A stretch of DNA of 63,253 nucleotides, filler included, from Dugesia japonica (Eukaryota): the NCBI GenBank assembly GCA_001938525.1. It is 6 parts of 6 records of this genome, joined end to end, with 100 filler letters (N's around TTAATTAATTAA, not from the genome) between each part and the next. Parts side by side here need not be neighbours in the genome. Positions count along the whole stretch, not along the records: positions 10,484 to 19,732 come from MQRL01425615.1; positions 19,833 to 29,721 come from MQRL01611001.1; 4 more parts are not named here. One strand, given 5' to 3'. The position numbers and the translations under genes were made by a program. The notes under the pieces are model-generated. The model was given only the letters and a program-made list of their open reading frames with translations. It was not told the DNA's origin and made no database searches. Shown here in pieces: positions 14,326 through 27,559 of this stretch (its first letter is position 1; every line of letters begins with the position of its first letter).

Positions 14326-14905
14326 TCGTATCATTCTTGGCCTCTTGTAACTGGGTATTCATTGAATATGAGCAAGAAACATTTATTCTTTCACAATCTA
14401 CCAAACTTTTAATAATTTTCTCTGTGTTTTCAAAATTTATTTTAATGCAATCTTGCATTTTCTTTTCGAACCAAAGAGTCAAATTATAAAAATTGCTAAT
14501 ATTCATCTAACAAAAATATTAAAATTTATTTTATTCAATTTGATAATTTACTTCATTAATTGTTTGCTTAACAAATAATTCCAGATGTTCTTTTACATAA
14601 TGCAATGTTCTCTGTATTGGATCAACAACTTTTTCAATTTGTTTTTGGGATAAATTCATGTATGATTTTTCAATAGTATAAGGGGATTCCCTGTTTCCGC
14701 CTGTGTTTCGCATTAGTGTTCTAAGATTTTCTTGTTTAAATTTATCAATATGTAAATCATTTATTTCCTTTTTAAATTGATCATAAATTGCTACGCTTAT
14801 CAAGGCACCACCTGATAACTCGTTACTATATTGAACTTTGTCGCCATTTATTATTTTTTTATATTCATCTTTAAATGTATTCACATACGTAGTCAAACTT
14901 CTTAT
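14326..14905 (-). CDS. Divergent dynamin-family protein, middle/stalk domain exons (14905-14552, 14506 to about 14326)
   Basis: ELSGGALISVAIYDQF..RTLMRNTGGNR..QKQIEKVVDPIQRTLHYVKEHL matches the dynamin middle domain [38 protein letters not shown]. There is a 45-nt phase-0 GT-AG intron at 14507-14551. GTPase exons were not seen. Confidence 0.8.
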
Positions 14906-16348
14906 CTAAATATTAATAATAATTACTAGTTTTAGCTAATTATTCACATTCATTTTCAATTAGACGTAAAAATTAATAGTCATAATTCAGACAGGATTTT
15001 TCAATAGGGTTTATTAGAATCGATTATAAAACAGAAATATTGGCTACAGTATATATAAAATACTATATATTAGTATAACACCTTGATCGCCGTAATGTGA
15101 AAAATAATTTTACTCCCAGGGTCAACCTATTTTTTTAATTAAATCAAAACCAAATCTTTCAATCGTGATTTGCATGAACGCCACACGGCTTACTAAGTAA
15201 ACTTTTTATGATTGGGCCACATTGTTCAACGTGATTTAGCTAGAAACAAGTTAATTAACATATTCTTGATCATTTCCTATTAGTGTTTTATTGTTCTGCA
15301 GTATATACATAACTCACACAGCTTTGATGGTGTGAGTATGTTTTGAAAAGCGAGTTGAAATTTTGTGATTGGTGATCCTTTTTCTTAAACTCTTTTATTT
15401 AAAAAAGTTTAAATTATTGATGAAAAATTTAATTAACGAATATTTGGTTTTAGATTTTAATAATAAATTGAAATTCTGGATGAACAAATATTTGGTTTTA
15501 ATATTTATAATAATAGTAAAATTTTTGATATTTTTTTAAAATATAATTTTTTAATTTTATAATTTAATAATTTTTAAAATTTTAAATAACTTAAAATGAA
15601 TTTTAAGTAATTGAAAAAATGATAACCAATTAAAATATAAGATTTAAATTTGTTTGAATAAACAAATAGTGTCAGTTATAGTTTTCTTTGTGAATAAATT
15701 TTCTATGGAATTGAGTTTTGATATTGATGATCCGAAGAGTACTTAAACTCATCTAACAGACGGTATATATAAATGTGAAGCAACTTTAATTTAACAATTA
15801 TTGGGTTACCATTTGAATTTTAGACTGGCCTGGATTAGAAAATATTTAATATTACGAAATGAATACAATATGAGTGCAACACAAATGCATACGCCTGATA
15901 ATTTGAGACTACCTGAAACATTAAAATATTATATAATATAAACACCCAAATGTCCAATAAATCAAACTTATCTAAACATATATACTTTTATAAACACTTG
16001 CCCCATCTAACAACAAATTTTTAAAAATTCATACACACCCACACCTCGAAAAAATCAAAACGCATTTTTCATATTACTCAACCTTTCGTCTTTTCAGTAA
16101 TAATATTTATAAATATTAATATTTATTATAAATATTAATATTTATTAATAATAATAATAATCTTTAACCTCCAAAAAATAAATCAATAACTAAATAAACC
16201 AATCTATAACATGGCCATCACCTGTGACAGCAATTTAACTTTTATAACATCGCCAAATTCATCCAAATCTATCAATTACTCACCAAAACACACTATTTTT
16301 AACAAAACTGCGCGATAACTCATTGCCATAGTACAGTGAGCTCACAAC

Positions 16349-16970
16349 AGTAGGTAGATAGTAGCTCATTACCACAATATTTTAAACCACAATTTGATAT
16401 ACCCCCCTCCCTTCGGAGGGGCTTGGAAACTGCTGAGAATTGTGGTATGAAATTTGTGGTGTTATATTTTACTATGATTTTTGGGATCAAATTTCTTTTG
16501 ATAGGATTAGTTTTTTTTGATAGGATCAATTTTTGATGGATCAAAAATTGTTTATCGGATCAATTGTTTGATCGGATCTGAAATTTTTGATACTGGAGGG
16601 TGGAATTTTTTTTCGTTTTAATTAATGGAATTTATTTGTATTAATTAATATTGGAAAAATTTGTGTGTAATTCAAAATTTAGCATTTTTCTGGGGGGGAA
16701 TTAAATTTTTTTTATAAAAGGATGTTGTGAGGTTTTGAAGTCCAAATATATCTTTTGGAAAGTCTCTTTATTTCGCATAGTATGAGGAGTTTCTAAATTT
16801 AGAATGGGTAGCCTCTATATTTAGTATGGTATGGGCAGTCTTGATATTTTGCATGAGGAGTCTATATATTTAGCATGGGAAGGCTCGATATTTGGCATGA
16901 GATGAGGCAGACTTGATATTTTGCATGGGATGGGTTAGTCTCTTTTTTTGCATGGGATGAGACAGTCTTA
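16349..16970 (+). mobile_element. Putative Polinton terminus with subterminal repeat array
   Basis: Starts AGTAGGTAGATAG. The 16740-16970 array (..gtcttgatattttgcatg..) is the reverse complement of 47170-47460. Confidence 0.5.
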
Positions 16971-17280
16971 ATACATAAGCTTTTTAGCATCTATTCCGAG
17001 TCCGTTTGTTATTGAACTTATCGATTAGCTTGCGTAGTTTTAACTAGGCCAAGCTCGATTGTAGTACCTGCATCTACGGTAGAAGTGCTTCCATCCGTTT
17101 ACATTCTGACATAATTGAACACCACTACAACTGTTTTAAAAACAATCAGTCATCATTGCCAATAACTGACTAGACTCAGATCCGCAAAATGGCAAGGGAT
17201 TCCAGGCAACTGTTACTTATTCAATGCATTACATTTTTTACATTACGTAACAAATATTAGTCATCTTTGACACATTTTTG

Positions 17281-17432
17281 ACCATATTAATGGAACCTTC
17301 AAACATTATAGACTATCTTACTATAGAACCTTTAAATATTACAGACCATATTATTAGGGAACCTTTAAACATAATTTCCCATATTAATGGAACCTTTAAT
17401 CATAATAAACCATATAATAATGGAACATTTAA
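17281..17432. repeat. Degenerate ~28-30 bp tandem repeat (accatattaatggaacctttaaacat)
   Basis: About five visible units. Confidence 0.7.
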
Positions 17433-18475
17433 TTTGATTTACCTAAATTTACATTAAATTAACATTTAAAAATATAATTTAAATTAATCATATCAAACAA
17501 TTAAAATATAAAATAAATAAACTCACCATTTTTAAATTCTTAATTATTAATTCTCATTTTTTAATTTTTAATACTGTTTGGGTAAAACACCTGAGATTGA
17601 AAAATAAACCAGCAATTAGGTACCCCTGAAATTCGAAAGAATGTCATAAGAAAGAAAACGAAGAATAAAAACCACAGAAGGCGTAAAATCAGTTACGGAA
17701 AAGAATAATTGAAGAAAAATACCGTGATTACGGAACTTAAGAAGGAGAGATAACTCGTACAAAGAGAAAGAAATATGGAAAAAACACAAACGGACCGAAA
17801 GAACAAAAAAAAGGGACAATTAACAACAAATAAAAGTAATTCATTAACTAAAATAAAGAAAGTCGAAGAAAATGTATTATCATCTCNNAGAAAATAAACA
17901 AAAACGAATTAATTAGCAAAAGAAAACAGCGAAATTAAATTAAAGTTAATCAGGAAGACAAAGAAATGAACAACATATTAATATTTTGGAAGAAAATAAA
18001 ATAATTAATTTATTTATTTAAATAAAATAAATTGAACAATTTAAATTAAATTATTTTTAAAAAGAAAATAATTGTTTCATGAAAAATGGCAAAAACAACA
18101 ACTTTCCTTTGTGAAAAAATTAGCCATTAAAATGATTCAGGTCAAGAAAACATCGGAAATCTTGATCAAATAAGTTAAAAAAATCGTTAGGAGTCTCAGA
18201 AAAAAGTTACAGGTGTTTGAAGATTGACCAATAGATTCGAAGTCCAAAAATATCAACCAATAAAAAGAGCTCACATGACGTCCAAACGTCAGAAAAGTCG
18301 TACGATTGAGAGTGTGAAGAGAAACCGGTATAATTACCGATGAAAACGTCACCAAGAATCAATCTTTATCAAGAAAAATATCGAGTTTGACCAGAAAATA
18401 TTCAATTATCACAAAAGGAGCATTATTTTTACTCTTTCACTCATGATGCAACGATTTCCGACTTGATGGATTATA

Positions 18476-18561
18476 GAAGTTATGGAACCCACAATAATCA
18501 TGGAGCCAATAGTTATGGAACCCACAATAATCATGGAACCAATAGTTATGGAACCCACAAT
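18476..18561. repeat. 33-bp tandem repeat (agttatggaacccacaataatcatggaRccaat), about 2.5 copies
   Basis: Directly visible. Confidence 0.85.
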
Positions 18562-20039
18562 GGTTAATTGGTACGCGATTGGTGCCATGATACATTAAAT
18601 AATTCATGTGTGCTTGCTCCGGATCGGGATCCAGATCACGTTAGTTTTATTGTTTGTTCTAATTATTAATTAATGTATAACAAATGAAGTTTGGATAATC
18701 TAATATATTTTTCACTTGTTAGAATTTTAGGTTCTTGATAACTTTAAAACTTAGGGTATTGATTTATAAAGAAGTAATTAAATGAACTCAGCTAAATATG
18801 CATAAGCATGAAAAATTATAATTAATTAGGACTCAATGAACTCATAAATTAAAAATACAATAAAACAAGTTATAAGCTGAAATCGAATAAATTAATGATT
18901 GATAAATATGATTTTAAAATCAAGCGAGTGTCACGAAATAGGAACTCAAATCAAAGGAATGCGAGTCTGTACTCGAATTACGAGTCAACGGCTTCATTCC
19001 GAAGATCTGAATTTTTTGGGGACACCAGATTCAAATTCATCGCGGGGTTTTACCAATTCAATTACCCTAGACTTAATTTTATATAAAGTTCAACCCCCCT
19101 AGATTTAATCATATAAGAAACCAATCCACCTAGGGTACAACCCCAACAATACAATTAAGAAAATATGAAATTAAAAAATCAATATATTTATTGATTGTTT
19201 AATTTTAATATCTTAAATGTATTAAAAATTAAAAATACGAATTCATATTATCTTAATTATAATAATTGCAATTATGGTAATATAAAATTTTTAAAAATCA
19301 ATATATTTATTGATTTTTTAATTTCTTATTATCATAATTGTAATTATTATAATTATGGTAATATGAAATGAATAAAATATAAATTTTTAAAAATTATTTA
19401 TTATTTACATAGTTACCAAGTATTTACTTAGTTACCATGTATAATTTTTATTATTTACATAGTTACGCTATGCGGGAGAGGTTTTATTTAGATTACTGCT
19501 ATATTTTCGTGGTTTGAGTAGTTTAAAAATTTCTAAGACACGTGTTAGTGTGTTGCATCTGAGTTGCATCTCTATTGCATTTATTTAAAAAAAATTTTGG
19601 TGGGAAATTTAAACAATTTATTAAATATTCTTAGATATGTAATTTTCAGTTATTGCGTTTTGCTGTTAGTAGGGGGATAGTGGCGCATTGTCATCACTCA
19701 CATAACGCTGGGCGGAACCCCCCCGGGTGGGGNNNNNNNNNNNNNNNNNNNNNNNNNNNNNNNNNNNNNNNNNNNNTTAATTAATTAANNNNNNNNNNNN
19801 NNNNNNNNNNNNNNNNNNNNNNNNNNNNNNNNTTTGTAGTAGTAAAATAAAAAATGTCTAACAATATGAGTTCTGATTTTCAAAATGAATCAACAATTGA
19901 AGATATTCCTAACAGCCGTTATTTAGGAATTTATTTTTTATCAACCTGATGAAAGTCAATCTCATTTCTTCTTTTAAAGATAGTCTTTCCGCTCTTATTT
20001 TTTCACCCTTGTTTATTCCAATTTTCTATCTGATGGTAG

Positions 20040-21790
20040 TATTACTACTCAAGTGTAATATATGTCCACTGTGAAATGGGTAGTTAATATTTCACCAGGT
20101 TTCTTTTGGATTAAGGTGTCCAGAAAATGAATCTGAAAGTCGATTGACTTCTCTAAAGTGAATTTGATGTTATCATTAATATTATTGGCTAATTCCAAAA
20201 TATTCTCTAAAGGAGAATTAATAACAAAGAAATTATTGTCTACATATCTGAACCATAGATGTATTTTTTTCTTAACTTTGAGAATTATTTTACTTTCAAA
20301 TGTGCTGGAATAAAACTTAATAGTGGTCTCAAACAATATGTCATAAGATTGCGTAGATTGAGTATCAGAAGCATTGGCAATAGGTCTTCCTTTCATTGTT
20401 GTTTTATGATCTTTAGAGACACATATACGTGTCTCTAATATATGATGGAACTGGTTTATGATATTTTACTGTTAAAAATAAAAATTTTATCCGGTCTTCT
20501 TATTTCTCTGCAATTGTAAGCAATGTTTTAATGAATTTATTTTCTTTAGTAATTGGTAGTCTTTTATGGGTGATGGTTACATAATTATTCAGATTTTCAT
20601 AGAAGAAATCCTAGTATGTCTATTCAGGCAAAGCTACCAATTTATTTGTTTTGTCTGTTGGATAATTGATTTCGATTTTTTATTTCTTTAATAATTTAAT
20701 AATAATTAATTATAATAATTAAATATAAGATAGTTTTAAAACAGATTTAATTTATTTGTGTTTTAAGGCAAAATTTTTTAAAGTCAAATTTGTATTTAAA
20801 ATTTATATCAGAAGAATAAAATATAAAAGTAAATAAATAAAATATATTTTTAATATATTTTAAAATTAGGTAAAAAAGTTTCAAAATTAAAAATACTTCA
20901 AATAGAATAAAAAATATAAAAGTAAATAAATAAAATTAATATTTTTAGTGTATTTTGAAATTTGGTAATAAAGCTTCAAAATTTAAAAAATATTTAGAAT
21001 AAAATAAAATATAAAAGTAAATAAATAAAATAAGTATTTTAAAATTTGGTAATAAGCTCTAAAATTAAAAATTTTAACAATCGCTGATGTTTAATGTTTT
21101 TCGCTTTTAAATATGAATTTTTAAATTTGTTTGAAAAAAGCAAATTTATGTTTATAGCTTTTATTTGAAATAAATTTTATGGAGATAATAAAATTTTGAT
21201 GTTGATAATTCGATGAGTTCTCAAAACTCTAAGAATTTTGTTTTCATTACTTTTTGACTTGATATTCTTGTTATATTTGTAAGTTTCTTAAAGATTATTT
21301 CTGAGTTCCACTATATTGTTATCAATTTCTGTAATTGAATAATTATACGTTGGTATCATACGTTTGAATGATTGTTTATACTTCCATCTTGATGAAAAAA
21401 CTGAGGTATTATCTGATATTTCATATGCTGTGTTTTCTAGTCTATGCAATTGACATTTGATACTGTAAATAAAAGCTTCAATCATTGCAATATTGGACAA
21501 GTCAGAGACTCCTGAATTTGCAGGAATGTAGNTTATTCCTTTGTTTAATAATTCTATTTGTCTGTCAGTAAATGTGTATTCTGTTAGATTTTGGAAAGGA
21601 AGAACAGTTGCATTGCTTTTAACATCTGAATGTAATTTTATTTTCATTTTAATTTTTTCTTCTGTTTCAGTTTACTTAGAAAGTAGTGCTCTCAATTTTT
21701 TTGTTTGTTCAGTTCTCATTTGTTTTCTTTTAATGAAATCTCAAATATGATCAATGCTTAAGTCCAAAAATTATTATCGCAATAATTATA
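20040..21790 (-). mobile_element. Penelope-like retroelement (PLE) relic: N-terminal region and reverse transcriptase
   Basis: QNLTEYTFTDRQIELLNKGIXYIP (PLE NLS..LT..LLxKGLxFxP motif) and WFRYVDNNFFV..NINDNIKFTLEKSIDFQIHFLDTLI (RT YVDD decayed to YVDN, plus IxFTxE..FLD). Interrupted by a ~90-bp AT-rich tandem repeat at 20815-21075. Confidence 0.8.
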
Positions 21791-22462
21791 ATTATAAAAC
21801 AAAGATCTGTGAATCATTCAATTGCAAAAAAACGAGGGAAACCTTCAGAATTTATAAAAAGTTACTAAGGCGTATTAACTAATTTTTGATGTTCTGATAA
21901 TAAGCATTTATTGCAGCAAACCAGTCATTTTCGTTTCACTGTCACACATGATCAGTCAACTTTCAGAAAATATTTTAGAAACGTATAAAGAGTGGATAAA
22001 TATATGTGAAATTGGATCTTGATAAATGGATGTAAGTGAGACTATAAAATTGGTTGTATTTGTACGAGGAGTTACTGAAAATTTTTGGACATGGTTACTA
22101 CGTCTTCAACCACCACTAGACATGATGTGAAGTTGATAATGAAGTTTGAACTTGACATTTCCAAACTATGTGGCTTCATAACTGATGGGGCACCCTTAAC
22201 GACATGTAGAACCACTGGATTCACCAAAAAATTTTGGGATACCATTGCTTCGGAAGGGGTTTTAATAAATCACAGTATTATACACCAGGGAAACTTGTGC
22301 ACAAAAGTACTTTTTTATTTTAAAATGTATTCACAATGTACTTCATAACTCAATACACTAGTTATCAATAAATTACAGTCATCACATGTTTTTACGGTAA
22401 CTGACCCTAGTTGTTCCAATGTTCGAAAGTCGCCTACCAATGGAATAAGTTGTACACTCCTG
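21790..22462 (+). mobile_element. hAT (Buster/SPIN/GTF2IRD2-like) transposase relic with right terminus
   Basis: DVSETIKLVVFVRGVTENF, LCGFITDGAP and INHSIIHQGNLCTKVL. The right end reads CAGGAGTGTACAACTT on the minus strand and is flanked by the 8-mer TTGTAAAA, which fits the Buster NNNTANNN target consensus. Confidence 0.75.
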
Positions 22463-22837
22463 TTTTACAACTAAAAAAAACTAATTTTATTTAGAATTAC
22501 AAACTTAAAATTTTACATTTTTATTGTCTTGGATAAGACATATTTGCATCCAATACTAAATTACAATTTCATTCATTTCATTTATTAAAAGCATGAAATT
22601 ATTAGCAACTTCGTAATTATTTTTATTTAACATTAACTGAACTTTATTTGGCTGATTAACTTCAAAATCACAATACAATGGCCAAACAACATAATGATAA
22701 CCTTTTAATTCAAAAATATTTATAATAATGCCTTTAATTTCCAAATATCATAATTTTTTTACTTTATTCAATTAATTAATAAAAAATATTTTTTATTTAC
22801 AATATTTAACTACATAAAAATAAATTAAACTAATTAC

Positions 22838-24683
22838 CAATATGCCCATTCCAAATGGCTAGTCTCAAAGCTGACCAATCCTCTTTGTCAGTTATTAATT
22901 GATTAGCTCCTGAAGTTAAAAGTAAATTACAAATATTTGTAAACCCATGTTGTGCAGCAATCATTAATGCAGTCATTCCACTTTCATTTACACAATTTAC
23001 ATCTAAACCATTAACAATCAACTGGGAGACGGTATTATAGTTATTTTGTCGTACAGATTCATGAAAAGAAAATGAATACATGTTTGTCCTATCCAAGATC
23101 TTAGAATACGTTAAAATTATATTATAAATACATTTGGAAAAAATTATGAAAGAAGATTCAGCATTATTTTTAATTTGACTTGGAAAATAAACTGATTCGA
23201 AAAATAATTTAACGACATTATCTAAACCCCAATCGTAAAGACTTCCACATTTCTCGAATTGCAATATTCCTTTAACTTCAAAATCACAATACAATAACCA
23301 CACTGCATAATGATAACCTTTGAATTTAAAAATTGGAGCTGAAGCAATTAAATGAAATCCAAAATATATTATTTGTAAAGGGCTTAACTTTGATTTAATA
23401 TATGTATAATATAGAGACAACACAGCGTGCCCATCAATAAGAGAGCATTTGTATTTTGGAGTACACAATTTAACATCTAACAACCATTCTGGTAAACTGT
23501 TATGCTTAAAGACAAAACAATTATCAACACTTTTAGGTAAAAAATAAGCAACTTTTGATAAAACACGTTTCACATAATATAAATCAAGATTAGCATCTAA
23601 ATTAAGAACTGCAGTAAATATTTCATGATCTGACAATGGAATAATTGATGATAATACAATATTGAAAACATTTTTTAATGTTCTAAAATCTTGATAATTT
23701 TTAAATAATGTTTCGAAAATCCATAAATATAATCCACACAATATTCCTGGTATATGCTTAATAGCTTGAAGATCAAGATAACAGTCTAATATACCATCAA
23801 GTACAATTTCTAAATATATAATATATCCATTACTCTTTATGTGCAATAAATTCAATAATTCAGTTGTTTCAGAATTAACGATTTGTTTCAGATTATTATC
23901 TATATCAATTCTATTCAATATATATATTTGTATATCACGAATCACGTAACTTTTGCTTAGATCATCCAGATAAAATTTACGAAAACCCATAAATTTGCGA
24001 ACAATCAATTGATTTTCTTTTCGACACGTACAAACCAATGAAAGCCATTCAGGAAAAAAATTATGATGTGCAGATAATAAATCTGATATACTTTTACTTC
24101 CTTGTCTACTTTTATGAAAAGAGTCCTTATTTGATAAAAACGAAATCCTTTCATTCATATAATTGGACAAAAGAGTTTCATCAATGGAATCAATAAGAAT
24201 AAACATGTTTTCATTAGGAGGTGGAAAAGATAATAAAGGTAAGAGAATTCCATTTTTAAATGCTCTGTCTGGATAATTACACAGATTATCAAACAAAAAT
24301 AAATTACATAAACCAGATGAATTTATACTTTTTGAATAGATGTCACCAAAGTGCTTGGATGTCAATAACTTTTGATGAATATTGAAAATAAATTTCGCTA
24401 TATTTAAACTGTCTATATCATTTGACGAACAAAAATGTGATGCTAAAAGTAATGACTTTAATTTTTGAATTTTCAAGCATTCATTCTTAACATCACAGGT
24501 AAGTTGCTTACAGATTGTACTCTTACCACTACCCGAACCACCTAATATTAGCAATCCACATGACTTTGCACAGTTTCGAGTATTAATACAATGCAAAATT
24601 TTTTGAAACACCCATTCCCTTTTAATAATATATTTGGAGAACAGTGAATTCTTTTCACAATTCCCATTATTAAAATTTATCAT
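22838..24683 (-). CDS. ANKRD50-like: ANKRD50/TANC-like protein: P-loop NTPase (NACHT-like) plus first ankyrin repeats; large first coding exon
   Basis: Walker A LILGGSGSGKST, LASHFC, Walker B ILIDSIDE, FPEWLSLVCTCR, YFGFHL, then ankyrin GMTALMIAAQHGFTNICNLLLTSGA..WSALRLAIWNGH. Splice donor at 22837. Confidence 0.85.
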
Positions 24684-25548
24684 CTAAAATGAAAAAAATA
24701 CAATACACAATTCTTCGTTTATCGAATAACATTTTATTTACATTACTTTCGGGAATAAATTATTAGAAAATTTTATTAATAAAGGATAAAGAAAATTAAT
24801 TTTAAATAATTATATTTAATATAATAATTACATTATAATTTAATATTGGTTATGGTTGCAAATTGATAGTTTAACAGCTAAGCATTAATTAGAATTCTTA
24901 ATTAAAAATTAATAAGTTATAATTACTACAATCAATAATGACAAATAACTAAAAGTTAGTAATTAAGTATTTATCGAAAATTAAAATATATAATTAAATA
25001 TTAAAACATTTACTTAAAATTGTTTCAAAAGACTTTGAAAATAAAAATGAATAAAAATTTATATTCGTAACACACTTCAAGTTAACTGTTAATATGCAAA
25101 AATGAAAGAAAGTAATTTTTCAACGAATTTGATGATTCATAATATTTATTAACTATATAAATTAAACATGTTCAAATTTATGATTTTCAAACATTAAAAT
25201 TACAGCAGCCAGTCATGGTTTCCCGAACGGTTCACGCGAACGTCTAATAAACGGGAAAAAATACTTGTGAATTACTTTGTATTAATATTTTTTTTAATTT
25301 TTTTTGCAAAAAAATTCATTTAAAAATTTCTATGAAAAAGTGAAAACGTAAAATCTTATTTTTATCATCATAAATTGCCTAAATAAAATAACTAAAATAA
25401 CATATTTTATTTATTAACTTAAAATAATATTTTAGATTCATCATAAATTTTTTTGACTCAAATCAAGAATTTTTAAAAATTTTAAGAAAATAAATTATAT
25501 TTATACAAAAGACTTTGAAAATAAAAATTTATATTCGTATCACACTTG

Positions 25549-27437
25549 ATCCAGAAATGTCAAACCTTTTCAGAAACAGATTTATGCAGTCAGTATCAAT
25601 CAATATTCGACATCATTTGGTACAATATCAAACTAAAACTCTGAATCAGTTCGCCAAGCTAGACAATTGTCACTTTGAAATAGAGTCCCATTCTCTCAAC
25701 TCTATTATCAGAAACCAATGAAAAGAGAATTCAACCCAAGAAGATCTCAATTCCATTAAAGCAAGAAGGAATCAGAATTATGAGAAAAATTTCAGAGAAC
25801 TTTCTTTTTATCATAATAAATTTGGAAAGTATGCTGTTAAATGTCAACAACCATGCTCTTGGTCCACCAGAAATTATTCGGGAAAAGATCTCAGTAGAGC
25901 AGACATTTGAGATCCAAATCTAAACAAAGTCGCCGCAATCTGTAAACGCAATCTTCGCAGTTCTAGTTTTGTCAGATAAGCTTAAATATAAATTTTTAGT
26001 AGACTCAGGTGCTGACATTGTTCCCATTCCTATTCCAGCCAGATAATACGAAAGTCAGACATTCTTTAATTACGGCCAACAATGGAGAAATCGAAGGTTT
26101 GCGTGAGAAAAAATTAACATTATTTATACTAAGCATTCTAGAAACATTCACATGGCTATTCACGGTTACTGATATACACCGACCCATCTTAGAATCAGAT
26201 TTTTTGTCAAATTTCAGACTATTGGTAGATTGTCACAAAAATTGCATTCTTAGGACACAGAACAATATTATGAGCACTGAAAATCAAACTTGCNNNNNNN
26301 NNNNNNNNNNNNNNNNNNNAAAAAAGCAAAGAGTTTGCAGATTAGGAGGAATCGTTCTTAGTCAAATATAAAAAGAGTTTGATGACATGCTCACTGAGGA
26401 TATTATTCCACCAAGTAACAGTGAATGGGCTTCACCATTTGTAATTGTCAAAAAGAAAGATGTAAAGAAATAGTCTCCATGTAGAGACAGTCGGATGCCT
26501 AATGCAATCATGAAACCAGACCGATATCCATTACCCAGAATGAGCAGTATTTTGGACAAAGTTACAGATTGTTCATTTTTTTCTACTTTAGATCTTAAGA
26601 AAGTGTATTATCAAATCCCAATCAATGAGGAGGACCGACATAAAACGGCTATTATAACTCTATTTGGATTATTTGAATACAAAAGTATGCCATTCATGGA
26701 CAGAAGTAGTGGCTCTGAATAAAATTACATCCAAATCCGTGGAGGAAGCCTTAACTCAAGAATGGATATCTCGCTTTGGAGTACCAGAGATAATAGTAAG
26801 CGGCAATAGTAGCCAATTTATATCTGAAAAATTTAACGATCTCTTCAATTACTTTTGAATTGAACATAGGCATACAACACTATACTACCAACAGAGCAAC
26901 GAAAAAATAGAAATATTCCACATTTCTCTAAATAATGCTTTTTGGACTCAAGGAACTAATACTGAACGTAGTTGGTTAGAAAATCTTCCATTAACAATGT
27001 TAAGAATCCGTAACGCGCGGGGGAAGATTCAGAGTTATCACCATGTCAAACAGTTTTTGAGACTAATATCCGTTTACCAAGTGATATTGTTCTACCATCA
27101 TGCTCTAATGGATAAACGCAAATTAAGAAGACCACTACAGTCAGTTTATGAAGGTCCATATCTGTTAACTTGGAGAAAAGAAGATTGCAAAGTTATTGAA
27201 GTAATGCGACGAGGACAAGCAGAACAAATTTTCATAGACAAAATTCGCCCAGTCTTTATTTTAAATGCTCCTGCATATGACAGGGGGAGTGATGTAGTAT
27301 TACATTCAGAAAATAATTAATGAAATATATTAAATATTTAATTAATTTTGTTTATATCATTTATTTTATTAAAATACATAATTTTCAAATTGCTTGGATT
27401 CTTCTCATTCAAATTATATCATTCAATATTGACTACA
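25549..27437 (+). mobile_element. Internally deleted Ty3/Gypsy LTR retrotransposon with 3' LTR (27293-27437)
   Basis: Gag FYHNKFGKYAVKCQQPCSW; protease FLVDSGAD; RT SEWASPFVIVKKKD, PDRYPLP and FSTLDLKKVYYQIP..KTAIITLFGLFEY; integrase EWISRFGVPEIIVS and YEGPY. Polypurine tract AGGGGGAGTGA precedes TGTAGT...ACTACA. Confidence 0.92.
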
Positions 27438-27559
27438 ATAATTAATATTAATAATCATTAATATTATTATTAGCTTTCAAATATGTGCTTTTCTATGAAT
27501 AATTCGTGTAAACAATATAGACAAAGTTTTAAATTATTAATATTTAAAATTAAGAAATT

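Noticed and set aside
19946-19975. Other CTGATGA occurrences (here and near 3490) as hammerhead cores
   Set aside because: No stem II plus GAAA..UH plus stem I arrangement follows.
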